DNA from: Octopus vulgaris
Lineage: Eukaryota
Reading direction: 5' to 3'
Length of the DNA: 64,000 bases
Assembly (NCBI GenBank): GCA_951406725.2
Contig: OX597823.1
Span: 82,026,001 to 82,090,000, forward strand
The notes beneath the pieces are model-generated. The model did no database searches, was not told the origin of the DNA, and saw only the letters and a list, made by a program, of their open reading frames with translations. A program made the position numbers and the translations under genes. The number at the start of each line of letters is the position of its first letter. The stretch's first letter is position 1. Positions 51,690 through 64,000 of the stretch are shown piece after piece.

Positions 51690-54300
51690 TTTCAGTAGGG
51701 TCACCATCATTATCTCCCTTTCACTCAGCCTTATTCTTCTTGTCATTTCATCATGTTGAACCGTTAACTCCTGCACATTTTTTTCTCGTTTTCTCTCCAT
51801 TTTTTCCCATCACACTCCTTTCTATCGAAGAGCGCAGGCTCGAAACGTCAAAGACTTTTCCATTCTTCCCGAGCGTCAAACTGATACACCTTTTTCCTGT
51901 TTTCGTTCACTTGTCTTCGTCTTTTGTTTTCGGCAAATTTGAACTACATATTACAATATATTACATATGCTAACGTGGTTACCCCAGTTCGATCCTGCCT
52001 GACTAAACTTCCTCTTTTCTTGGACGTTCATCTTTCCTGTTTTCTTATTGGCTACTTTCGTTGATGTATATCGAACTAATCTACCATGACTTTTAAACTT
52101 TCTGAAACTTGCTGAACTTTTTGAACTTCGTACGTTAATAACTTTGCCATTTGTTCTCTCTCTTTTTCATCTTTTTCCTCTCCTATACCTCATTCCACCA
52201 TGCCCGATAAAAAATCCTCCTTCCTCCACCTACACCACTGCCTCAAACATTACCTCACCTCGCTTCCCTTCCGCTGACTTCATTCTTCTTTCAATCTTTT
52301 CTTATTCGCTTTCTAAAAGACACATTTCTCCAGTCACATTTCCTTTCTCAGTTGCTGCCTTCATCACAACGTCATTGCCAATGGTTTCCGCCTCCTTTTC
52401 CACCCTACCTCCCATTCTGCTTCTACCATCTTACCCATCCTCCGTTCCACTTCCTGCCGCCTCATGCGTGCCACCATCCGTTCGAATCTCTCCAAAATAC
52501 TCCCTTGACCGCTTTCTCCCTCTTTTTGACTCCTGCTGCACCCCCTCCGTCGCTGACTCCACCATACGTTTCATTTTCCATCTAAGGCACCTTCTCCATG
52601 ACTAAAGTATACAAACTTCAATCACTCCTTCATTCTGTTCCACTGGACGTAATTACCCTCACCCCTCGTCCCGTTCTCCCTGGCCTACTCCTCTTCATCC
52701 CCGCTCCTTCATCCTGTCCCACCCAACACCAATACATCCACCCTGACTCTCTCTCCCCGATCTACACCACCTCATTCTCACCCCAACTATCCACTACTCC
52801 TACCCTCACCCTTATCACTCCCTCCTCTCTCTTTTCCCAGCCTTCCACCGCCTCCACCACCCCGTCCTCATTTAACTCATCTTCCTCCACGCCCCCACTT
52901 CACTCTGTTGTTACCATTCCTCCTGATTCCACCCTCTCTGAAGTGGAGCATTCTCTCCTTAGTAGGGGTCTCCTTTATATCCGTCTCACTCCATCTACTG
53001 ACGAGTTTCAGACCCGCTTTGATATCCAACACTTCGTGCGCCGTGTCAGGCTACATGCGCTAATCCACAACACTTCGCCTGATTCTAATGAAGAAGACTG
53101 ATTCACCGTGCTTGGCCACCGGCCATCCCACTGGACACCAGCTCCCGGCCAGTTTCGAGCAGCTGATCAATTTGCAATAGTCTGTCAACGTGTTATAGAC
53201 CGGTTTAACTTTCGCACTGCCACCATCCCTATTGTCCGTAACCCACACGACCCCACTATTTACTTCCTTCCCCAAATCCACAAACCCCACAACCCTATCG
53301 CTCCATCGTTTCTGCCCGCAACTATCCCATCGAACTTATCTCTAAGTACCTTGACTGTGTCCTTGCCCACCTAGTGGATTCCATCCCCTCACACATTCAC
53401 GACACCAACCATGCTTTCCGTTTATTTAACTCTTTGTCGTTCCCTCCTGGGCCCACTCGACTCCTGTTCGTTTCTGATATCAAATCTCTATGCCTGGTGG
53501 TCCCGCATAACGAAGGTCTTGCTTTAAGACACTTTCTAGACTTTCGTCCAAACCCTTAGCCCGACACCTCCACACTTCTTCGTATGGCTGAACTTGTCCT
53601 CTCCCTCAACTGCTTCTCGTTCGTGGGTGAGTTTTACCAACAGGTCTTGGGAATAGCTATCAGAAAGAGAATGGGTCCCAGCTATGCAAACCTATTCATC
53701 GGCTATGTTGAGGCCCAAATATTCTTACAACTTACTGGTCCTATCCCTAACTACAGGTCGTTAAATCGTCAATTGTATTGATGCAACCTCACTCTCCCGC
53801 GAACATCATGACTCCTTCCTTTCCTTTGTTCAGTCCTTCCATCCTGCCCTCGAATTCTGTTGCACTGTCTCCAACTCCCCCGTTGAATTCTTGACATTTT
53901 TGTTAGAATAGACCACTTCACTCTTACCACCTCCATTCACTGCAAACACAGATTCACACTCCTGTCTCAACTTCTCCTCCTCCCACCCTATCCACACCAA
54001 TCTCTTCATCCCCTATTCCTAGTTCTTCCGTCTACGCTGGCTCTGCAGTGATGACCATGATACTGAGACCCAGTCTCAACTCATGGCTCACCACTTCACC
54101 CTACGTGGTATCCCCGCACTTTTACCAAAACTGCCCTTGCCCGGGCACGATCCGTTGACTGTGCCTCTGCACTCTCTCCCCGACCCACGCTTACCCGCCT
54201 CCATTTCCCCCTCATCTATCACTTCTCCACTCTGCTCCTCCAACGTACCATTCTCTGGGCCTTCCGTCGACTCCAGTCCACCCCTCCATCTTCCACTTTT
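51690..54300 (+). mobile_element. Decayed Penelope-like retroelement (RT pseudogene with 5' pLTR-like region)
   Basis: Fragments LSEVEHSLLSRGL...FVRRVRLHA, IYFLPQIHKPHNP, DIKSL and ELVLSLNCFSFVGEFYQQVLGIAIRKRMGPSYANLFIGYVE; decayed YIDD near 53760; many stops and frameshifts; flanked by microsatellites. Confidence 0.85.
51818..51855 (+). ncRNA. Minimal hammerhead-like motif in PLE 5' region
   Basis: TCGAAGA-G-CGCAGGCT-C-GAAA-CG-TC-AAAG resembles PLE minimal HHRs; the first core positions deviate from CUGA. Confidence 0.5.
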
Positions 54301-54392
54301 ATCAACGGTGTGTATACATTAAGTATAATACATAAATGGCTATTTCAGTTTGATAGTGCCTCATTAGTGTACAGCGCATGTATGCATGTTTG

Positions 54393-54780
<388 letters not shown>

Positions 54781-55440
54781 TGAAAACAATTTGCCTGATT
54801 CAGGGTCACGGCAGAAAACACACGCAAAAACTACTACACACACGTAACCTGGAACCACAAGAATGCGAAGGCGACTTATCTATATGAGCCTGTCAATGTC
54901 CACGTTGCTTAATTTTTATCAGCAAAAGTATTTGGACTGGAAAACAACAAAACTCGAATATCAAGACAACCTAGCTGTAAATCTCTATACAGAGATTCAC
55001 AGCTAAATTGTCTATGGCTGTACGACTGGTGTCTGAATACAGCGCTCGTAGGAAAATTCGAAAGTGTGCATACTTCTCTAAACCTGCTGTAAAAATTTAA
55101 GTTAAGTATAAACTGTCCAAACTTAATTTAATCATCTTGACATTTCAATCTCGAAAAACCTTTTAAAGGTTACAGTCGCTTTCTCTCCACTTCCAATTAT
55201 TGAATAAAAAATTCCATTTCTTCTTTATATTAAAAAAAATATAGCACCACAAGTAACTGTGTCTGACCTTGTCATGCTTATTAACTCTTAAAATGAATAC
55301 AGGAATTACTATATTTTAGATAAATTGGTTTAAAAACGATGCTGATTATCTTCAGATCGTCTGGGAATACTGATTCTCCCAGAACTGTCGCATCCTAAAA
55401 ATAGAGGAAATGGTTCAAGTTGAAATTGATAAAAATGAAC

Positions 55441-55581
55441 GGCATGGCTGTGTGGTAAGAAGAGTTTGATTTCCAAGAATATGGTTCCGGGTTCAGTCTC
55501 ACTGGTTGGCACTTTAAGTGTTTCGGGCTGATCAAAGCCTTGTATTTGAATGTGGTAGACGGAAACGGAAAGAAGCCCGTC

Positions 55582-55582
<1 letters not shown>
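55441..55582 (+). mobile_element. Family B SINE 5' half followed by TA array
   Basis: Matches 6881-7040. Confidence 0.75.
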
Positions 55583-55629
<47 letters not shown>

Positions 55630-55810
55630 CAATTAATAAGTGGAATGACCACTAAAGTGGAATCCTATACGCTAGAAATAGACGTCAAATCGCCTTACTA
55701 CAAAGAGTGTGTTCTTAAGAAAAAACCAGCAAATGCCAAAATGCAAAAAATAAGCAAGGCGAATGAAAATTTACAAAATATAACGATTACCCTCAGTATT
55801 TCTACCCTCA

Positions 55811-55856
<46 letters not shown>

Positions 55857-55869
55857 ATATATATCTATA

Positions 55870-55913
<44 letters not shown>

Positions 55914-56378
55914 CATATATATGTATGTATGCATTATATGTATGTATGCATATATATGTATATATATATATAACTAATGTAGGATAAAATTTTTTTCGAA
56001 AAAAAAATTTATCAATGGCCATTGAGACGCATAAATTATAATGGTTATTGACAATTTTGTCTTTTTTCGGCATATTTGGCATTAGAATTTTTCTTTTGCC
56101 CTTATTTTATAAGTTATATATATATATATGTATGTGTATATATAAGTATGTATATATATATGCGAATATAAACAAGAAGGGCAGTAATATTATTTACTAC
56201 CAGGTGTCCAGCACAAAAGACGAATTAGTCATAAGACAAAAATATTATTCATATAGAAAAATATTATTCATGTAGTTATACAATTAAGGGCTCCTAAATA
56301 AAGATGCCGAGTGCTGGGAACACAAAAAGGGGATGAATTTATCGAGAGTGAAAATCAAAAACGTTTACCGATAACTTT

Positions 56379-56460
56379 AACAACTCGTACCGCGGTTTCT
56401 GCTTCTTTCTAGCAAAACACAGAATATGTTTGCTAAGGCCAGCTTCATCAGCGAGTCGCC
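56379..56460 (-). ncRNA. Type I hammerhead ribozyme, copy 1
   Basis: GGCGACTCG-CTGATGA-AGCT...TAGCAAA..TTTGCTA...AGCA-GAAA-CCGCGG-TA-CGAGTTGTT: intact core, 9-bp stem I with G-U pairs, palindromic stem III ACCGCGGT, GUA cleavage triplet. Confidence 0.8.
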
Positions 56461-56823
56461 TAAATTTAATCGAGGTCTGCAGCGATGTGGGACTATGTGT
56501 TGAACCCGACTACTAGCAGATCTTAACTTTTCAAATCCCTGCGCAGACGCAAAATTTACACGGGCATGCCGGGAAGAATTTTACGAATAAATCCATCATG
56601 TAGTATGCGAATATAAACAAGAAGGGTAGTAATATTATTTACTACCAGGTGCCCAGCACAAAATACGAATTAGTCATAAGACAAAAATATTATTCATATA
56701 GAAAAATATTATTCATGTAGTTATACAATTAAGGGCTCCTAAATAAAGATGCCGAGTGCTGGGAACACAAAAAGGGGATGAATTTATCGAGAGTGAAAAT
56801 CAAAAACGTTTACCGATAACTTT

Positions 56824-56905
56824 AACAACTCGTACCGCGGTTTCTGCTTCTTTCTAGCAAAACACAGAATATGTTTGCTAAGGCCAGCTTCATCAGCGAG
56901 TCGCC
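56824..56905 (-). ncRNA. Type I hammerhead ribozyme, copy 2
   Basis: Identical to copy 1, offset 445 bp. Confidence 0.8.
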
Positions 56906-57300
56906 TAAATTTAATCGAGGTCTGCAGCGATGTGGAACTATGTGTTGAACCCGACTACTAGCAGATCTTAACTTTTCAAATCCCTGCGCAGACGCAAAAT
57001 TTACACGGGCATGCCGGGAAGAATTTTACGAATAAATCCATCATGTAGTATGCGAATATAAACAAGAAGGGTAGTACTATTATTTACTACCAGGTAGGAG
57101 CCCTTAATTGTATAACTACATGAATAATATTTTTCTATATGAATAATATTTTTGTCTTATGACTAATTCGTCTTTTGTGCTGGGCACCTGGTAGTAAATA
57201 ATATTACTACCCTTCTTGTTTATATTCGCATACTACATGATGGATTTATTCGTAAAATTCTTCCCGGCATGCCCGTGTAAATTTTGCGTCTGCGGTGGTG

Positions 57301-57371
<71 letters not shown>

Positions 57372-57834
57372 TGATAAACCAGCAGAACTGACATTTATTA
57401 ATAAAGGACATATCTATTTTTCACATTTAAGTTTATTAATGTAGTAAAACAAACTCAGGTCAGAGAAAGTGCACATTTCACTTTATATATATAACAGAAA
57501 AAGCAATTTCCTTCTGAAGCAAGTTTACGTTCATTATGATTAATTAATATTATTTAAGTTTTCTAATTAAAAATCAAATTTCTTTTTTAGAAAGTTAACA
57601 GAAAATATCACATAGCCGTGATATTTTTCCTGGCAAAGATGTGTTGCTATGGAAAATTTCAACTGCTTAGACGTAAAACTCTGACCTTCGATTTGGAATA
57701 TATATATATATATAAACAGAAATTACGTATAGACATGAATAAATACATGAACGCATTAAGAAATATACATAAATACATGCACCCATAATACATATATATG
57801 TACACAATACATACATTCATTCATCATCTTTTTT

Positions 57835-58167
57835 CTTATTTCTTTATCGCCCACAAGAGGCTAAACATAGAAGGGACAAACAAGGACATTAAGTCGATTA
57901 CATCGATCCCAGTGCGTAACTGGTACTTAATTTATCGATCCCGAAGGGATGAAAGGCAAAGTCGACCTGAGCGGAACTTGAACTCAGAACGTAACGGCAG
58001 ACGAAATACCTATTTCTTTACTACCCACAAGGAGCTAAACACAGAGAGGACAAACAAGGACAGACAAGCGGATTAAGTCGATTATATCGACCCCAGTGCG
58101 TAACCGGTACCTATTTAATCGACCCCGAAAGGATGAAAGGCAAAGCCGACCTCGGCGGAATTTGAAA
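57835..58167 (-). mobile_element. Two tandem family C SINE cores
   Basis: Reverse-complement core plus tail, repeated twice. Confidence 0.85.
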
Positions 58168-58583
58168 TCATTATTGTAAGACAGATGAAAAATAGAAAAT
58201 ATAATCAACTTTTCACCTGTCCAAAGGATTTTCATTAGCTTATCCTAAACATCAATGCTTATTTTCAAGCTTTTAGTTGACCTTTACTTCATACTTACTG
58301 AAAAATATAAAGCTTTCTTCTTTTCGTAAGCCCCGAGTTGGACGCCAGGTAAATATGTCCTTTGTGTCAGATGTGATACACAGAATAGGCAAAAGATTAA
58401 AGTTCTCGGATAACTCTACCTTCACGGTGGCTTATCCACTTCATATTCTTGAAGAAATGCTAAGTAGACATAACAACAGTGACCTATTAGAAAGAAATAA
58501 TATTAAATGCCCCCTCTTTATAACTGAGCTATCTGTTCTTTCTTTCTTTTTTTCTTACTTTCTTTCTTTCTTTGTCTGTCTTT

Positions 58584-58629
<46 letters not shown>

Positions 58630-58663
58630 ACATACACACACACTATAATTTTGTCATAAATAA

Positions 58664-58925
58664 AATAAATAAATAAATGCGCCCTTTTAAAGCCTAGCCA
58701 GGCTCATGGGCCCGGTTTCCCGGTTTCTCTGGCGTATGTGTTCCCAAGCTGGACGGGACGCCAGTCCATCGCAGCGTTACTCATTTTGCCAGCTGAGTGG
58801 ACTGGAGCAACGTGAAATGAGGGTGTTTTGCTCACGAACACAACGCGTCGCCCGGCCCAGGAATCGAAACCAGAATCTTACGATCATGGTGCTGACACCC
58901 TAACCACTAAGCTACGCACCTCCAC
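58664..58925 (-). mobile_element. tRNA-derived SINE with 15-bp TSD
   Basis: TSD TTTTGTCATAAATAA at 58649-58663 and 58926-58940; (TTTA)n tail. Confidence 0.88.
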
Positions 58926-59116
58926 TTTTGTCATAAATAACCTTGCTAAATATACACATTAGACAGATATATATACTTGCAAATATACGAAGATATATAT
59001 TGCTACACAGACGCACAAACACACACACACACATGCGCAGACTCAAACCAAACACACACAAACACACACACACAGGCACTCGCACACTCACACATACTCA
59101 CAGATATGTAAATGTG

Positions 59117-59147
<31 letters not shown>

Positions 59148-59648
59148 AAAAGTGCAGCTATCATGCATACATAATGCCTGACGTAACACCATCAACATTA
59201 TTTCACATCAAAGAACGAGTTGGTATATGACACGTAAAATGGAAAAGCAGACGATACATTAAGTAAGAAGGTTAGTCGTCTGGCGTTTGATGTAAAAGGA
59301 TGGCAGAAGATGCTGAATTTTCCGAATGTTACAAATGCAGTTTAAAACGTACTTTCTCTCGTCTGCGTAAAATATAGACTGTAAATGTCAACAGCTACGA
59401 ATAACTCTTTTGATTCGAGAGTTGTTGACGCTTTTACTTTATGATTCGTTAATTTAATTATTGGAAACTCATTGAAACTAATCAACGGTCGATGCACACA
59501 GACACACACCACACACATATACACACAGAGACAGGCATACACATACACAGAGACACAGACACATACACATACAGTTGTGTAAGTATCCTAAAGTTCCAGT
59601 TCAATGCTACATTGGAAATACCTCATCTTTCTACCCGCCAAGGACTTT

Positions 59649-59679
<31 letters not shown>

Positions 59680-59831
59680 CAGACACACACACGCACGCGC
59701 ATACACACACACGCACACATACGCACGCACACACACACGCACACATGCACACATGCGCGCACACACACAAACACACACACACGCACATACACGCACACGC
59801 ACACACACGCACACACACACGCACACACAGA

Positions 59832-60142
59832 GGCGTAAGCAGAGCTGTGTGGTTAAGAAGCTTGATTGGTAACCACTAGTTTCGGTAACCACTAGTTTCG
59901 GTAACCACTAGTTTCCCACTGCATAACACCTTAGGTAAGCGTCTTCTACCATAAACCCAGACCGACCATTGTATATGAATGTGCTTGCATACGTGCGCTT
60001 GCGTTTGTCTCCACAACCACTTGACAACTGGTGTTGGTTTGTTTTCACCAGTAATCTAGCGGTTCGTAGAAAGAAACCGATAAAGTAATGACCTAGATTT
60101 GAAAATAAGTACTGGTGTCGATTTGGTCAAATAAACCCTTCA
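59832..60142 (+). mobile_element. Diverged family B SINE with an internal 16-bp triplication
   Basis: GGTAACCACTAGTTTC x3 at 59868-59915. Confidence 0.7.
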
Positions 60143-60162
60143 GTGACTGTAACAGGTAAAAT

Positions 60163-60658
<496 letters not shown>

Positions 60659-61257
60659 ACATAAGTAGGTTTATAGAGAAAGCATCCTTAAAGTCTGTAA
60701 ACTTTATATAGAAAGGTCTATAAGATTCTCTTACTAGTTTCAATGATCCTATACGCTATGCATTTGTAGGCTTTGTTCAGTGAACCTCTTTCAGGAAGCG
60801 TTGATTTCAGTCCTTCCTTTTCCGTCACACCCAACTCTCTTTGCAGATATAAAAGCGTCATTATCAATAAAGTGGCCACTTAATCGCGGAAACTTTGTTT
60901 GAGCAGTGTCTGAATGGATTAGTGGATAAGGTTGTACGCCTCAACGGCGCTCTTTTCATTGATGAATTCCCAATCTCATCGAAGGAAACGTATACAAAAA
61001 AGTTGGTTAGTACTCTACTAGCAAGCTCGTTTTCTATACTGCGCTGGAGAAAAGATTTATAAAATATATTTGATTCAGGTTGAACTGGAAAATCTATTCA
61101 GAAAAATATGCAACACAGATTTATGCATGTGGTTTGTGTGGTTTGTCGAATGTAATACTCGAGGTTTCAGTAGAGTAAACTAAAGCCTTTCAGTAAGAAA
61201 ATAACACCCTGGTGTTGTTGCAACTGGGATTGTGTAGTTACTATATTTCTAACAATT

Positions 61258-62190
61258 AAGGTGACGAGCTGGTGGGATCGTTAGCATGTCAGACAAAATA
61301 CTTAACGGCATTTCGTCCGTCTGAGTTTTAATTCTGCCGAGGCCGACTTAGCCTTTCAAACGCTTCGGGTTCGATAAAATAAGTATCATTTGAGTACTGG
61401 GGTCGATGTAATCGACTTACCTCGCTTTCCTGAACTTGCTGGCCTTGTGCCAAAATTTGAAACCAGTATATTTCGTACATTAAGGTGACAAGCTGGCAGA
61501 ATCGTTAGCACGCCGGGCGAAATGCTTAGCGGTATTTCGTCTGCCGTTACGTTCTGAGTTCAAATTCCGCCAAGGTCGACTCTGTTTCTCATCCTTTCAG
61601 AGTCAATGAAATAAGTACTAGTCAAATACTGGGGTCGATGTTATCGACCTGCCTATCCCCTCATAAACTGTTGTCTCTGCTCCAAAATTTGAAATATATT
61701 TCGTACATGTGAAACAGTTCAATGCACGGAAACAGATAAGGAATAGCAAATGCTGGATGAAATGATAGAAGTAAAGTAACTCAGAAGAGACAATATAAGA
61801 AATAATCCTTTCTACTATAGACACAAGGCCTGAAATTTTGGGGAGTAGGATAGTCGATGGCATCGATCCCAGTGCTCAAATGGGGCTTATTTTATCGACT
61901 TCGAAAGGATGAAAGGCAAAGTTGACCCCGGCGGGATTTGATCTCAGAAAGTAAGACTGGATGAAATGTCGCTAAGCATTTTGTCTAGTGCTCTAACGAT
62001 TCTTATTTCTTTATTGCCCACAAGGGGCTAAAAATAGAGAGGAAAAACAAGGACATTAAGTCGATTACATCGACCCCAGTGCGTAACTGGTACTTAATTT
62101 ATCGACCCCGAAAGGATAAAAGGTAAAGTCGACCTCGGCGGAATTTGAACTCAGAACGTAACTGTAGACGAAATACCGCTAAGCATTTAG
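61258..62190. mobile_element. Family C SINE cluster: two + copies then two - copies
   Basis: Plus copies at 61258-61470 and 61482-61695; minus copies at 61800-62000 and 62003-62190. Confidence 0.85.
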
Positions 62191-62470
62191 GATAATTGCT
62201 GATTCCAGAATAATTGCCGATTTCAAGAATTTTTTTAATTTCAGACTGTCTTCAGTGGATAAAGATATGGAGTCAACCAAAAAGACAAACGCTAAATACA
62301 GCCGCTTGGTTAACTCTGATCACACAGACCAACGACCAAGAGCGTTGATGTTGTGATCTACCCGCTTCACATGCAAGACTACACTATCTTTGACATATAT
62401 ATCTTCTCTTTGTAGAATCTAGGGCAATGATTTTAGACTTGGCTGCAGTTTCTAGTAGGTCAACTGACCA

Positions 62471-62774
62471 TATGTGGAGGCACATGCCCTAGTGGTTAGA
62501 GCAGCGGACTCGCGATCGAGGGATCGCGGGTTCGAATCTCATGCTGGGCGATGTGTGTGTTTATGAGCGAAACACCTAAGCCCCACGCGGCTCCGGTAGA
62601 ATGTAATGGCGAACTTCTGCTGACTCTTTCGCCACAACTTTCTCTCACTCTTTCCTCCTGTATCTTGCAGCTCACCTGCGACGGACCGGCGTCCCGTCCA
62701 GGTGGGGAACCTATATGCTAAAGAAACCGGGAAACCAGCCCTTATAAGCCAGGCGTGGCTCGGGAAGGAACGAA
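62471..62774 (+). mobile_element. tRNA-Arg-like SINE
   Basis: Homologous to 42033-42339; GGACTCGCG anticodon-like loop; flanking repeat CAACTGACCA. Confidence 0.85.
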
Positions 62775-64000
62775 CAACTGACCACTTAGAATCTTACGTT
62801 TATCTGAAGAGATGAAATATCTAATAAAACTTGAAGCATTTCCCCTTTCAACTGCTTTTATAATACTGACTTCAGCCAATATAATTCACTAAAAGTTTTC
62901 ATGAATTCTTATATTATGTTAGTCGTACTAACATCTTACCAGATATGATACCCCGATCCATATGGCTCTATAAATACAATCGGTACATCTGTTTTCCGGA
63001 CACTGAAGATCCGGAACTTCTTATATATAACCCGCACTGATTTACACTAATGTACAGTACCTGTATTTTATTTAATTATTTTGGTACTTAATTTAGATTG
63101 TGCTAACCAAAGTGATCACCTAGTTCAAAAAAAATATTTAATCCGGAAAGTCACTGGAAGCAAAGTCTCCAGAAATTCAATGTTGTATCTGTATTCGCTT
63201 TGCTACATTTTTAACAAATTAACATTAAAGTCGATATCTAGAAATTCAAACGAACAGAAATACATTAAAATATGCATATTTAAACAGACGAATTTCATTA
63301 AATTTTCAATCATCTATAAATCAAAATAATTTATTGGTGAAACAGGAACACAAATACAATGTATGATATACAATGTTGTCATATAACAACACACATGATA
63401 TTTTAGTTAATTTGAAATTATTCTGTCATATATATATTCATAGCAATAATCGATAAGTCACTTCTTGAGTTATTTATACGAATACATTTTCAGCCAATGT
63501 AATTGAATCGATGTAGTGAACATTTGAACATAATTATTTAAAAGAAATTTTCGTCCAAGGATATCCAATATTACGATCGTAGCTGCTTCTGAAAACCAAT
63601 TTATATACAAAATATTCTGCACAATTGCAGGTTCTATTTGCAGATGACATTTCAAAAATATGAAAAACTTATGAAAGCATATAACGAGAACCAAAAAATA
63701 TGTGCTGACGTCGGACAATAATAATAAGCTATAGGAAAATTTATATCACATATTCTAGTAGTTAAAATACCAAAATGAACGACGAAGTTCGATTTAAACT
63801 CGGTTTGCATCGTAGTTAATAGCTTGGTGAACGACGGTTTCACTGACTGACAAATTATATAAAAAAAAACATTTTTATTGGTGACCCAATAATTCAAAAA
63901 TGGCTGATGGGAGAATTTTTTTTTAATATAGCGTGCACTTCAGTTTCTTTCGGTTTGGCTTAAAGCTCTATATTATCAGGAATTAGCAAAGCACGATTTA

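Larger units (their letters stand above)
56161..57294 (-). mobile_element. Retrozyme-like 445-bp tandem repeat (2.1 units) plus 199-bp inverted segment
   Basis: Unit starts at 56161, 56606 and 57051 with about 4 substitutions between the two full units. 57096-57294 is the reverse complement of 56542-56740. One HHR per unit; flanked by (TA)n and (GTG)/(GTA)n. Confidence 0.85.

Noticed and set aside
55330-55400. Minus-strand acceptor with short open frame (possible terminal exon)
   Set aside because: Too short, no homology recognised and no linked upstream exon.
59868-59915. Three 16-bp direct repeats, superficially CRISPR-like
   Set aside because: No spacers; local slippage inside a SINE in a eukaryotic context.

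Overview
AT-rich, microsatellite-dense animal genomic DNA. The SINE families and TA/CA arrays look like an octopod cephalopod (Octopus-like; inference). I recognise no intact host protein-coding gene, and almost all listed ORFs are microsatellite or repeat artefacts. The window is a nested mosaic of mobile elements: three groups of tRNA-derived SINEs, CR1-clade LINE 3' fragments, two decayed Neptune-type Penelope-like elements (PLEs), Tc1/mariner derivatives, a Tc2-type MITE, a Merlin-like TIR element and Helitron/Helentron-type elements. The most interesting signal is a set of type I hammerhead-ribozyme (HHR) motifs. The best is an apparently intact HHR in each unit of a young 445-bp tandem repeat with an inverted terminal segment (56161-57294), a retrozyme-like architecture. 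A second, unrelated HHR lies in a 404-bp terminally redundant unit (25445-25915), and degenerate HHRs flank both PLEs. These units and several fold-back inserts sit in TA/CA microsatellites, often the internal microsatellite of one SINE family. This suggests a PLE-driven, microsatellite-targeted system of small ribozyme RNAs. All folds and alignments were read by eye.
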